Below the pieces are notes generated by a model that was not told where the DNA came from, made no database searches, and worked only from the letters and a program-made list of their open reading frames with translations. Shown here piece after piece: positions 48,740 through 59,980 of a stretch of 64,000 nt of DNA (position 1 is the stretch's first letter; every line of letters starts with the position of its first letter). Both the position numbers and the translations under genes were made by a program. The stretch comes from Stegostoma tigrinum (taxonomy: Eukaryota): positions 42,577,173 through 42,641,172 of the forward strand of contig NC_081373.1 of assembly GCF_030684315.1 (NCBI RefSeq), in the 5' to 3' direction.

Positions 48740-48828
48740 CTGGAAGAGAGAACGGCGGACAGTCAGGGGAGGTAAACATCTCCTTCTCCTACCCCCTGCA
48801 CCCCAAGACACCAGAGGCATCAGCTTAC

Positions 48829-48948
48829 CCGCGTCTTGTTGAAGTCTTCTTTCACATGGAAGTTGCTCACCACGCAGTCGGACTTTGCAAAGCAGCTGGA
48901 GATGGAAACCAGGAGCGGCAACAGCGCCAAGACCCTGCAGTGTCCCAT
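48829..48948 (-). CDS. RBP4: Retinol-binding protein 4, coding exon 1 (signal peptide)
   Basis: MGHCRVLALLPLLVSISSCFA-KSDCVVSNFHVKEDFNKTR. 120 nt, donor CGG|GTAAG. Acceptor about 15 nt upstream of the ATG. Confidence 0.95.
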
Positions 48949-49074
48949 CGTCCTTCAGATTCTCTACCACAAAGCAGACACAGATTGACCTGCTAAAGGG
49001 AAGCCCTCCTGGACACTGAATGCAACTGGGTTCAACTGTGGACACTGACAGCCCTAAACAACAAATGTGCTTAC

Positions 49075-49170
49075 CTTTCACAGCGTGTGGTACAGACCTC
49101 AAATCGCTCGCATTCAAAATAGGAATTTACTTTCAATACAATTACTAAAAATCTTTAGGCAACTCCTCTG
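49075..49170 (-). other. RBP4: RBP4 non-coding first exon (5' end approximate)
   Basis: Strong donor AAG|GTAAGC at 49075/49074. TATA-like box about 25 nt upstream of the inferred start. Confidence 0.6.
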
Positions 49171-49193
49171 AGCAGTTAGTTCGCTCAACACAC

Positions 49194-49330
49194 CTATATA
49201 TGTACCACCACTCCCCCAGCCACCGATCTGTCTTTCGTAATCTACCACCCACTTCCCCCTCCCCCACCGAGAAAAGCTTTGGAATGTAAATCATTGACAG
49301 AGACCCTCGTCTCATGTAGTTACATAAACT
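49194..49330 (-). promoter_or_regulatory. RBP4 proximal promoter (TATA, HNF1-like site, D-box)
   Basis: TATATAG at 49200-49194. GTAAATCATTGAC at 49286-49298 (HNF1 consensus GTTAATNATTAAC, 2 mismatches). TTATGTAAC at 49327-49319. Confidence 0.65.
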
Positions 49331-49879
49331 GCATGATGGATAGCCTGTCCAGAACCAGCTCATCCACCACAGACAACATTCTGCTGATTTTGTGTTTTGC
49401 ATTCGTTTAATTCCATGAGCAGCAGTGATGCTGAGCTAAGTCCTGTTGCCCAGACAGTGCTGAAACAGCCATCAACAGGAAGAATGGCGACGTGCCTGTT
49501 TCTGCACAGAACACAGATCCTGCCCAAATGTTTGGATGGTTCTGATAATTGCTTGCATTACATTTTTTCCTTGTGTCGTCTCTGTTCCTGTGCCCCACTC
49601 GCTATCCCACAAATAACTGGCTCCAATGTTGACAGTTTTTGGCTGTGCAGGAATCACAGATGTTTGTGAGACTAGTTGGAAACAGGGTCAGTGCCATATA
49701 CTGCGATGTTTATTGCACTTTGTACCAGTGGAATATATTTGTTAAAGCGATGTTATCTGCACTCTGATTTCAGTTTGTGCAAGTAAACGTACTCTGGAAC
49801 AAAAGGTTTATCAAGTTCAATGTGTCTCTGAATTTGTTTCTAAATCTTCTTTAGTTGATTTATTAAATAAGGGGAAACA

Positions 49880-50215
49880 TTGGAGTAGTGGCAATATCAC
49901 TAGACCAGCTGCCCAGACAATGTTCCAAATACGAGGGTTCAAATCCCACGGTAGCAAACTGGAGAAATTTAAGGTTCCTTTAAACAAATGTTGTAATAAC
50001 CATGAAACAACTGTAAACATTCACTAAGTTTGCAGACACATTTCAGGGAAGGAAATCTGCCATCCTTATTTCATCTGGTTTAGATTTGATTCCAGACCCA
50101 CAGCAGCGTGGTTTACTCTGAAACAGCCAAGGAAACTTTGCAGTTGAAAAGAAAATTTATGATGGACAACAAATGCCTGACTTACCAGTGTTGCCCACAT
50201 CTCATGAAAGAATAA
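49880..50215 (+). mobile_element. tRNA-derived SINE (DeuSINE/SacSINE-like)
   Basis: B box gggttcaaatccc; core agggaaggaaatctgccatcctt; LINE-derived tail. Confidence 0.7.
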
Positions 50216-50789
50216 ATTAAATGGAATACCCATCATAAAATTATATAACTCCAGATTTCAAAGATGTACAACATTTCGCTTTTATATAACTGAACTTTGT
50301 TTGTTATTTTTCCTAGGCCAGAAGTCACTTTTATGTAATAGGAAAGTGATTTTTTTTACCATTGCTGGCGTAGAAATCCACAACAAACAAGGGCAGCTTG
50401 AAGAAATAATTTTGCTTCATGTCTTAGCAGTATCACAAGTCCCTGGGTAAATTGTGGTTATATTTGTTTGTATCTTCTCCCTCTGTCCATTCAGCCAAAT
50501 GGGTGGAGCTTGTCTTGAACTGCAGCACCCAGCAGTCTTTGAGAACTTTGGCTGATAACTGCTCATCAGATCCAAGTGAAGCATTGACTTCTCTCAGCAG
50601 GTATATCACATCATGTGACATTGTCTAATGCTATCAGATGCCACGAAAAGGGGAGCTATATTAGGACTGGGTGTAGGACTGGCTTACAAATCGCTCAAAA
50701 TTATGCGAGTTAATATTATGCTGCCACTAAACAACACTACCCTCGCATGGGTCTGATTGATCCTAACTTTGGCATATCCATCAGTGCGC

Positions 50790-51060
50790 AAATTTGAGAA
50801 GCTCGGACTGATTAGGGATAGTCAACATGGCTTTGTACATGGGAAATGGTATCACATTAACTTCATTCAGTTCTTTTTTGAAGTGGTGACAAAGAAGATT
50901 GATGAAAGCAGAGTGATAGATGTTTTCGAAGTGTTCGACAAGGTTCCATGTGGTAGACTGGCTAATGAGGTTAGATCACATAGGATCAAGGGGAGGTGGC
51001 CATTTGGATGAAAAATTGGCTTGAAAGTAGGAGACAGAGGGCGTGGTGGAGAGTTGTTTT
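50790..51060 (+). mobile_element. CR1 LINE RT, 5' piece (continues at 56455)
   Basis: GLIRDSQHGFVHGK...FDKVP. Confidence 0.88.
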
Positions 51061-52889
51061 CCCCTTAGAAGGCAGTGTATTGGGTGTCTGCACTCTGCTG
51101 CTGCTGTAAGTGGGATTTGGAGGGTGAATTGCCACCACCTATTGCAACTGAGAGTAGCTGGAGCTGTTTGAGGCCTAGAGCTGGGGCCTCAGTGCTGCAG
51201 CCTGCCTGCCTGGAGGCACTTGTACCTGGGATTCTTTGTTTCTGCTGCTGCCTTTGGGAGCGCGGTGGCCTGCATTCCCTCTCAGCGTGTTGAAGACTGC
51301 TACGCTGGGAGAAGCTACTGCAGCTTGGGCCCTTGGGCCTTGGGTCTTGGGTAGTGCAGCCTGACTGCCTGCTGCTCCTCTGGGCAGTCTGGTGGCCTGT
51401 ATTTCTACCTAGCCAGTGGTTTGAAGTGTTAATTCCTAAAACCTGGGCTTTTCTATTGTTGTCTACTGCTGGGGAGGCATGTTCTTGGAGCCTGCACTTG
51501 TTTTCTTTACTTACGGGGACTTGGGCCTGAACATTAACAGTTTGGGGCCTGAACAGTTACTTGTAAGTGACCTAATTCTGGAGATTGGGGCCTGGGACTG
51601 TGAGGGGCCTGGGCCCTCTTCCCAATTACTACTTCTGGACTGTGGCCTATACCATCTGCCAGTGACTTGGGTTTGGGGAAGCGTTGTTTGGGATGTGTGG
51701 GTTGGGACATGGCAGCCTAAGGGATTGTGCTGGCTGGTGGGGGTGAACGAGACTTTGTCAGGTTCTCTTTCGGTGATTTGTGTGAGGGGAGGTGATGGTC
51801 CTAGTTTGTGTTTGAGGGGGGAGGGGCAGCAGTGACCATGGGGTGCTCTAAAATAACAGTCAGGGTGGGGTCCTGTTGTTCCTACGCAGGAGTGGTTGCA
51901 TCCTCTGTGTCTCTCACCACCCTGGGGGCCTAGTTGCTCTTCACTTATTTAGCAAAACAGCTCGGTCTGAAATGTTACAATCGCCCTGATATGACCATTG
52001 AGCGGTAGTCGGTGCCCCACTAATGTCGCTGTGAAGGTATAAGGACAGGCAGTCGTATTCCTGAAGACTGAGCAAGTGGTGCGCCCCACCCTGGAGAAGG
52101 AGCCGACTGTCGGTGAGGAGGTTTATTTTGCCTGCCGACCCTCTGGAAGTAGTTTGTCAGAAAGTCATTTTATCAAACTTCCTGCCCGTTTCTCCATCTC
52201 AGCTCCTTCTTCCCAACCTCTGCCAGCTCGGGGAGGTGTGGTTGGGTGTGGTGCCGCTACTGTTGGGTCTGAAGGAGGTCCATGTGAGACGCGTCTACAA
52301 CTCCTGGCAATGGGAGGTTTTTGCCTGCCTGGCCCTGGAAGGTGGTCACGGAGGGCACCTTCACAGTTGCACACGGAAAGTGCTGCCTACTGGGTGGGTG
52401 CCGTGGTCGGCGGAGGCTGTGCGGTGTCATACCCGCAAGGAGGTGGGGCACTTCCGAAGGAACTGCCCTGCATCGAAGGCCACTGCCAACATCTGAGCGG
52501 CTACAGCTGGCATTGTCACCCTGCCCCCTCGCAACGTCCTCCAGCAAACCTCGGTCCCTGCAGGAGGGAGCTACTTTGCTTACAGATACCAGTGGCGGGG
52601 GGGCGGGGGGGAGGTGGGGGGGAAGAGAAGGGTGGACAGCGCCTGCAGGGGAGGAAAGCCCAGAGGAAGACTAAGCATTTGTGGGTGGCCTCCCAAGAGG
52701 ATTCCCTGGGTGACCCTGACGCCATCAGCGCCCAGCCCATGGAGGGCTCCCTCAGAAAGGATAGCAGTCCCAGGCCCATCAGGAAACTGCGGGTTTTGGA
52801 GCCCAGCCTGTCGATGATTAAATTGTGCATGAGCAGGTGGTACCACAAAGTTTCCCCTGGCCCTCTGCGTGCCCCGAAACCTGTGAGAG

Positions 52890-53040
52890 ACAAGGAAAAA
52901 GGGAAGACATTTGATGGTGGGGAGATGGAGATAACACAGCAGGCTAGGCAGCAACAGAGGAACAGGAAAGTAGACGTTATGGGTCAGGACACTGTGTTAT
53001 CTCTGACTCCAGCATCGGCAGTTCTTACTATCTCTGAGTG
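52890..53040. mobile_element. Short Penelope-derived insert within Tx1
   Basis: Same family as the ends of 47134-47991 (ctccagcatcggcagttcttact). Confidence 0.7.
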
Positions 53041-53192
53041 GAGAGATGGAGGTGTCTCTTGCTCCCCCATCCTCCCCAAAAAAGGAGCCATTCCTCAGGG
53101 TCGGAGGGATGGGGGAAGTCTGGTACTAACAACACATTCCCCCGGGATGACAAAGTATTGTCCCCTGGAAACCCCTCTCCTTCCTCACTAGG

Positions 53193-53639
53193 TCAGAAAT
53201 CACATGACACCAGGTTATGGTCCAACAGGTTTATTTGAAAACACAAACTTTTAGAGCCTTACTCTTTCTTCAGGTGTTAGCGAGAGAGGAAGTATCAGAT
53301 ACAGAATTTATAAGTAAAAGATCAAATGGTCACACCACTGAAGAGGATGTATTAAACAAACCTAAGATGCTGCTAAACCTTCATTCAGTTAGAAGGATGT
53401 AATTGATTAATATGTATATATAAATGCCTGAATTCCTTTCAAGTCACAGTCCTGAGAGAACTAAAAGGTTTTATCAGTGTAAAGAAGAGGTGACATTTTA
53501 GGTCAGACAATGCATGTTGGATGTGAGGCCTTGTTTAGAATCCGTTTGTGTTTTGGTTTTGAGTCAGACTGGTTTTATTTCGAAAGTAGGACTTTATAAG
53601 ATGCTGCATTTTTTGAACAAAATAGATTGTATTTGCAAA
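53193..53639 (-). mobile_element. Penelope pLTR insert within Tx1
   Basis: Same family as 14760-15255 in reverse. Direct repeat TCCTCACTAGG at 53182-53192 and 53640-53650. Confidence 0.82.
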
Positions 53640-55265
53640 TCCTCACTAGGGGAGGGTCATGAACCTGCCCCTGCAGTCCACCGCAACGGGACCAGGCACC
53701 TCAAGGGGGCGTAACTGCTGAGGTCTTGCCCATGGCACAGGAACTGGAGGGCCTCGAGATGCTGCCTGTGCTGACTGGGGACTGTGGTGGGAATAAGGCA
53801 CCCTGGATGGAGGAGTAGGCCTTCTTGCTGCCTCCAAGCCTTTATGTCGGACACCTCCACCGTTACTCGGGATCTTATCCCAGGCATTTTAGTCAATGTT
53901 TTAGGAGACTCTGGCATAACCTGAGGCTTGGAGTTATCTGTAAAGGATCCTCCTGCTGGGGGTAGGATTGAGGCAGGGGTGTGCCCAATCAGTGACCCGG
54001 ACTACACCCTGCAATCGATGCGGGGGAAGGGCCATGGTCGGGGTCAGGGGTGACTAGGCTTCAGTCGCGAGCAGTGCTGAGTTAGACAAGGCAGAAGGCA
54101 ATTTGGTTCTTGCGGACAAAGTCCTTCTCATTCCTATTGGACAACTCCAGGACTTCTGCCAAGTGGTGCTTGGTCACAGAGACAGAGTCTGGTTGGCTAC
54201 AGGCTGATGGAATTCTCTACTGCTTCTGGTCAAGTCTGCCCAGTGGCTATTGGTGCCCCTGGGAACGGACAAGAACAGGAAGCAGGGGTACCATGGATTC
54301 CTTTTTCAGCGTCCTCTGTGAGTGGAAGGGAAAAAGAGACCCCCACTTGCTCAGTGAGTTGGGTGTGAATGCCTTAGCTGGTGATGGTTGCACATATTGC
54401 TGCCATGAAGACATCCATAGCTAACCTCAATGTCAACGCCAATGGCAGTGGGAAGGCCCAAGCACAGATTTTGTATCCCTTCGCTCCTGAAGGAAGAAAA
54501 ATACACAGTGAGCCTCCTGCAAGGAACCCATAGCGTTTCAGGGGACGATGTGGCTCCTGGAGTGGTGGTAGGGGTCTTCATGAGTTACCTCACCCCCAGC
54601 TCAGGCAGAGCGGCTATCCTGTTGGCCCCTTTTATTCAGCCGGAGGCCTTGAGGGTCAAGGAGCATGTGCCAGGCTGTCTGCTCCTGCTCATGGTTTGTT
54701 TCAGAGGCATGGCATTTCACTTTGTGAACATATTTGTGCCTTGGATGGGGACCTGCGCAGATATGCTTCTTCTGGGAAGTGTCTACTCTACTCAGTGATG
54801 AGGACAACCTTGTCCTTCTTTGGGGGAGATTTCATGGGACCATGGCATTACCCAGAAGAACTCAGCATTGGTGGGGATCTTGACAGACTTGGTTAAGACT
54901 TTTGACTTGGTAGATATCCTGCAAAATCTGTAGCTCGATTCTGCTTCCGTTGCCTTTGTGAAGCCTGGGGTTGGAGCTTCCAGAATTGACTGCTTCTACG
55001 TTTCCAGGGTACGGGCCACTTGTGTTCTGAAGGCCTCCGCGTGGCAGGTGCCATTCTCCGGTGTGGGTGAAGCTCGTTCTGTTCAGCGCCGGGGCAGGGC
55101 AGCGTACTGGCACTGTAATAACCCACTACTGGAGGACAAGCGGTGCGGGGACTCATGACGTCTCAACTGGCTGGAGAAGCAAGCCGGAGGATGGAGGGTG
55201 TTGAGGGGGGTGCAGTGTGTGCTACCCCTCCTTGAGGCTAAGGTGGGATGAGGGCACAATGCACG

Positions 55266-55574
55266 TCTGCCTCTATCCTTGTTTCAAACCTGACACCTCT
55301 CACTTTATCCACTTCTGACCGAAAGTCAGTCAACTAAAATAGTGATGTGCTCTCTCCACTGATGCTGTCTGACTTGCTGATTATTTGCAACATTTTTACT
55401 CTTTTGCAATTACTCGGGCTGACCCCAATGAATTCAAATTGCAAAATGATTTTCTTTCTGACGGAGCAGAAATCACCCGCAGCCTTTCTAGTGGGCACGT
55501 GTCTGTTGGATTAAATACAAGGAAATGTGTGTCCAGCCAATAACATGTGTTGTGTTTCTGAATAAAAACCACAC
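55266..55574 (+). repeat. 309-bp direct duplicate of 59029-59337
   Basis: Colinear and equal in length, with only scattered substitutions from tctgcctctatcc to aataaaaaccacac. Confidence 0.95.
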
Positions 55575-56454
55575 CAGGGGCGGACAAAACTGCAAACCTT
55601 CGCGTGGCTTTGCTCCTGGATCTAGCCAAGGTGGCCACCAACAGGTCCAGGCAACAGGCAGAATAGAGGCTTGTTGGTTCTTACTGATTGCCCCCCCTTT
55701 CACAGTTATGTCCACCTTCAGGTATCCCTGGAGAGGGAGCACATGGTGCTCACTTGCGTAGTTGAGGCCTTTTGAGACTGCTGGGTGCCATGGGGCTGGA
55801 GTGCATTATCAACCCGGATAATGATATTCTCACTTAGTTCATTGTTTGTGTAGAATAAGTTTCCATTTTGCCTTTTAAGTTTGTGTTTGTTTTCGGTTTG
55901 GTGTCCCGCAAAGAATGCTGTTTTATTTTCCCTTTGTTCTGATGTTGGGCCCCTTGTGAGAGCCAAAACCAGAATGTCTCTAATGCACTTGATGAGGATT
56001 GGCATGAGGGGCATTTTTATCTGTAGTTGAAATGTGCTGCGGAACTTCCACTGGATTTTGAACCATTGGTTGCCCTTGTCCTCAGAGAGTTCAATGAGGA
56101 CAGAGCAGAGCGATTTATTTAATTGTTGTTTATTTGTTTGTTTATTTATTTGATTTCTCTTGAATTTGCTTGAGGTTATTTTTGTTCTGGCCACTTGTGA
56201 TCGCTGCCCATAAGGGTTTGGTAGGGACAGTGTTGAGGGAGAGCCATTTTTTAATTTGTTTTTGTTTCTCCCCAGAGTAATAGGGCTTTTATTTTTGTTC
56301 GACAAAGTCGAGGCAGCTTTATTTTCTGTTTTGAAAGAACAGAAAGTGGCTTTGCTCTGTGTTTCTCCCAGTGCTGTCTCTGTCCTGGGAGGGTCTAATG
56401 GGGGCTGGCCAAGGGCTCCTGGTTTTTGCTGTTTACACCTTTTCATTTACAAGA

Positions 56455-57428
56455 GTGGAGGGTTGTTTTTCGGATCCTTGGCCTGTGCCACAAGGTTCGG
56501 TGCTGGGTCCACTGCATTTTGTCATTTATATAAATGATTTGGATGTAAATGCAGAAGGCGTGGTTAGTAAATTTGCAAAAGGTAACTAAAATAGGTGATG
56601 TCATGGGCAGTGAAGATGAGTATCGCGGAGTACAACAGGACCTTGATTAGATGGGTCAATGGGTGGCAAATGGAGTTGAATTTTGATAAATATGAGGTGT
56701 TACATTTTGGTAAGACAAACCAGGGCAGGACTTATACAGCAGGAGGTCGGGCCCTGGGGAGTTTTACTGAGCAAAGAGACCTTGAGGTACAGGTGCATAG
56801 TTCCTTGAGAGTCTAGTCACAGATAGATAGGGTGGTGAAGAAGCTATTTGACACACTTGCTTTCATTGGTCAGTGCATTGAGTAAAGGAGTTGGGATGTT
56901 ATGTTGTGGATGTACAGGACATTGGTTAGAATATTCTGTATAATTCTGGTTGCCCTTCTACAGGAAGGATGTTGTTAAATTTGAGAGGGCGCAGAAACGA
57001 TTTACAAGGATGCTGCTGGAACTGGAGGGTTTGAGTTATAGGAAGAGGTTGGATAGGCGGGGGCTTTTTACCCTGGAGTGTGGGAGGCCGAGGGGTGACC
57101 TTAGAGAGGTTTTGTCCAGGGTGGGGGAGTCCAATACTACAGGGCACAGGTTCAAAGTGAGAGGGGCAAGATTTAAAAAGGACCTGGGGCTAATTTTTTC
57201 ACACAGAGGGTAGTATGTGTTTGGAGCAAGCTGCCTGAGGAAGTGATGGAGGTGGGTACAATTTCAACACTTAAAAAGCATCTGGATCGGTACATGAATC
57301 AGCACGGTTTAGAGGGATATGGGCCAAATGCTGACAAATGGGACTAGGTCAGTTTGGGATGACTGGCCAGCGTGGACAGGTTGGACTAAAGTGTATGTTT
57401 CCATTTGCTATAACTCTACAACTCTATA
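56455..57428 (+). mobile_element. CR1 LINE, 3' piece
   Basis: VPQGSVLGPLHFVIYINDLD; RKDVVKFERAQKRFTRML; CR1 3'UTR and tail. Confidence 0.92.
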
Positions 57429-57809
57429 GTGCTCCAGGCACTTTGGATTAAGCAGATCTGGTTACTTGTCTATCTCCCACCGCCCCAGTCCTCATGCCCT
57501 CTCCCCATCTTGGTGGCTGCATCCATAATTCTCTTGCTCAATAGTTCCATCTCTCCAATACTCTCACCTCCCTTAAAACACCACTCTGAAAACTGCTTAG
57601 TCATCTTTTTAGGCACCTTAATATTTCCTTCCTCATTCAGAGTCAATGTTTGGCTCATTTTGCTTGTGACATCATTATTTTAAAAGTGCACTGTAATCAT
57701 AGTTTGTTTTTGTTTACTGGAGATCGTGACAACTGAAAAGACTAACAAAGTATAGGAACTAGCCTTCCAGGCCCAGATGCCAGTTTAAAAAAAAACTTAA
57801 AATAAAGGA

Positions 57810-58280
57810 ATCAAAGTTGCTCACACTACTACAGATGTGGTCTCACCAGCACCTAGTACAGATGCAGTAAGGCTTCCCTGCTCTTATTAGAAGGGCGTTG
57901 GAGCATAAGGGTCAACATTCCATTAGCCCTCCGCATTACCTGCTGTACCTGCGCTAACTTCCTATGCTAGCTGCGCAAGTACCACCACTTTGTGCTGCAG
58001 CTTTCTTTTTCCATTTAAATAGTACTGTTGCTTTGTTCTCTCCTCCAAAATGAACATTGTATTTTCCCACATTAAACTCCATTTTCCAACTTTTTGCCCA
58101 CTTACCTAACCTATCAACTATTGTTACCCCTCTCGCAACCTGTCTTTACTTCTGTGTCTTCGGCAAATTTGACTGTGATACATTCACTTCCTTCCTCCAA
58201 GTCATTGATCACATAATGTAAACTGTTGCAGTTCCAGCACTGATCCCTGTGGAACATCATTGGTTACAGGTTGTCAACAG
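57810..58280 (-). mobile_element. Old CR1 RT fragment
   Basis: Reverse strand encodes VPQGSVLELQ and KFAEDT-like motifs. Confidence 0.7.
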
Positions 58281-58394
58281 CAACACTGCTAATCGTATTA
58301 TGGGGAATTACAGGAAGCAAGAGCTTTGCTCTGTTTTATAGTGTGGCTTCTCTACTGTCCCAATTGTACAACATTGAACAATTTTTATTCTCAG

Positions 58395-59165
58395 AGCAAA
58401 AGCAAAAATCTGCAGATAACTGAAATCAAAAACAGAAACAGTCAGCTGGTCAAGCAACCTCTTCAGAGAGAAAAAACAAAGTTCACATTTTAGGTTGCTG
58501 GCCTTGCATCAGAACTGAAGAAACATGAACGGATGTAATAAGTTTTCAGTAAGCACAAAGGTAGATAAGGCAGTAAGATCAAAGGCAACGTCTTTAATAA
58601 AATGGAAGGCGCCCAGTAGTGGAGACTAAACCCAGATTAAGTGCTTCGAGGAATATCTGCATTCAGACTGCCATTGTGACCCTGAATTTCTGGTCGCCTG
58701 TCTTTCTAATTCTCTGCCCCACTCCTACTCTGACTTTGACTTCTACACTGTTCCAATGAAGCCGAACATAAACTCAAGTAACAGCGTTGTCACCATTTCA
58801 TTCGGCATTTTACAGGCTCTTGGAATCAAAACCGAATTTAACAATTTCAGATTTTAACAATTACTCCCATACATTTGGGGTAGCTGGTGGTGATGTTTCT
58901 GCTGTTGCTATTTGTACCTCCTCTCAAGTTTTGTTTGTTTCTTTACCAGCCTTTTTGGCATCTCTGTTTGCCATGCACCATCATCCTTTCTTTTTTCATT
59001 TAATCTTACATCCCAGATACTGTCCCCATCTGCCTCTATCCTTGTTTCAAACCTGATACCTCTCACTTTTTCCACTTCCGACCGAAAGTCAGTCAACTAA
59101 AATAGTGATGTGCTCTCTCCACTGATGCTGTCTGACTTGCTAATTATTCGCAATATTTTTACTCC
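58395..59165 (+). mobile_element. Decayed Penelope element (inverted pLTR, GIY-YIG remnant, pLTR)
   Basis: ggagactaaacccagattaag...gaatatctgcattcag resembles GETKRRL..F.EHL.S; pLTR motif gatgctgtctgacttgct. Confidence 0.65.
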
Positions 59166-59694
59166 TTTGCAATTACACGGGCTGACCCCAATGAATTCAA
59201 ATTGCAAAATGATTTTTTTTCTGACGGAGCAGAAATCACCCGCAGCCTTTCTAGTGGGCACGTGTCTGTTGGATTAAATACAAGGAAATGTGTGTCCAGC
59301 CAATAACACGTGTTGTGTATCTGAATAAAAACCACACTTTGAAAATTCGGCTAGCAGACTTGGCAAGGATAAAGCAAAATACTTACTGATATTAAGGCTG
59401 TATGGATTGTGGAGTGAAATTAAATCTAAACACTGCTGCGTTGCTTGCAGAGAGTATCCACACATCTTCTGGACTACAGAGGCAAAGGGATTCCTCACAG
59501 AAAGTAGCCATTTGACCTTACATTATTGTATTTGAAATGAGCACATCTTAAAGAGGAACACTGCAGGCATTTGCAGCACAATGGGCTTCCCAGACCCCCA
59601 GACCCAACACACATTAAAGACCACTTCATTGTGCATAAAGCTGCCTACGAATCTATTGAGGGTGTCTCACGTGGAACTTTTGATCCTTGGAGAC

Positions 59695-59980
59695 ATTAAT
59701 TAACCGGTCATTCTTGAACGAAGATGGGGATTCACCAGTCTAATGCATTCGTCAGGATTTAAAGTGCTGACGTCAGGGATGGGACCTGGCTGGAAATTTT
59801 CACAGTCCATTAAACCCATTGCCTGCTGTCAACCTTGGAGCATCGCAAGCTGCAGAATTACCGAGTCAAATGGGATGCCTTGTGCCTGGATCTGACTTGA
59901 CAAAAGGAGCCCTGCCAATTTCACCCCTTCTCTCCCAACCAACAGTGATGCAAATCTAAAACAGAAGCCAAACGGCCAAC
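59695..59980 (+). promoter_or_regulatory. PDE6C proximal promoter/5'UTR region
   Basis: Repeat-free DNA upstream of the ATG. TAATTA homeodomain palindrome near 59697, CRX-like GGATTT at 59755, TGCTGACGTCAG (CRE/C-MARE-like) at 59765-59776. Confidence 0.5.

Larger units (their letters stand above)
51061..56454 (+). mobile_element. L1/Tx1-clade LINE with RT region deleted, inserted into CR1
   Basis: ORF1 knuckle remnant (CHTRKEVGHFRRNCPASK). APE motifs (LLQGTH, VNIFVP, GGDF, SRIDCFYVS). ORF2 C-terminus (LLLDLAKVATNRSRQ...VSLEREH). T-rich 3'UTR. Flanking repeat GTGGAG(A/G)GTTGTTTT at 51046-51060 and 56455-56469. Confidence 0.82.

Noticed and set aside
52076-53191. 371-aa ORF, the longest in the window
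   Set aside because: Lies in GC-rich decayed Tx1 ORF1, mostly off-frame, and runs through a Penelope insert; not a host gene.
55718-56446. 242-aa minus-strand ORF
   Set aside because: Antisense to the T-rich Tx1 3'UTR; low-complexity K/N/Q composition.
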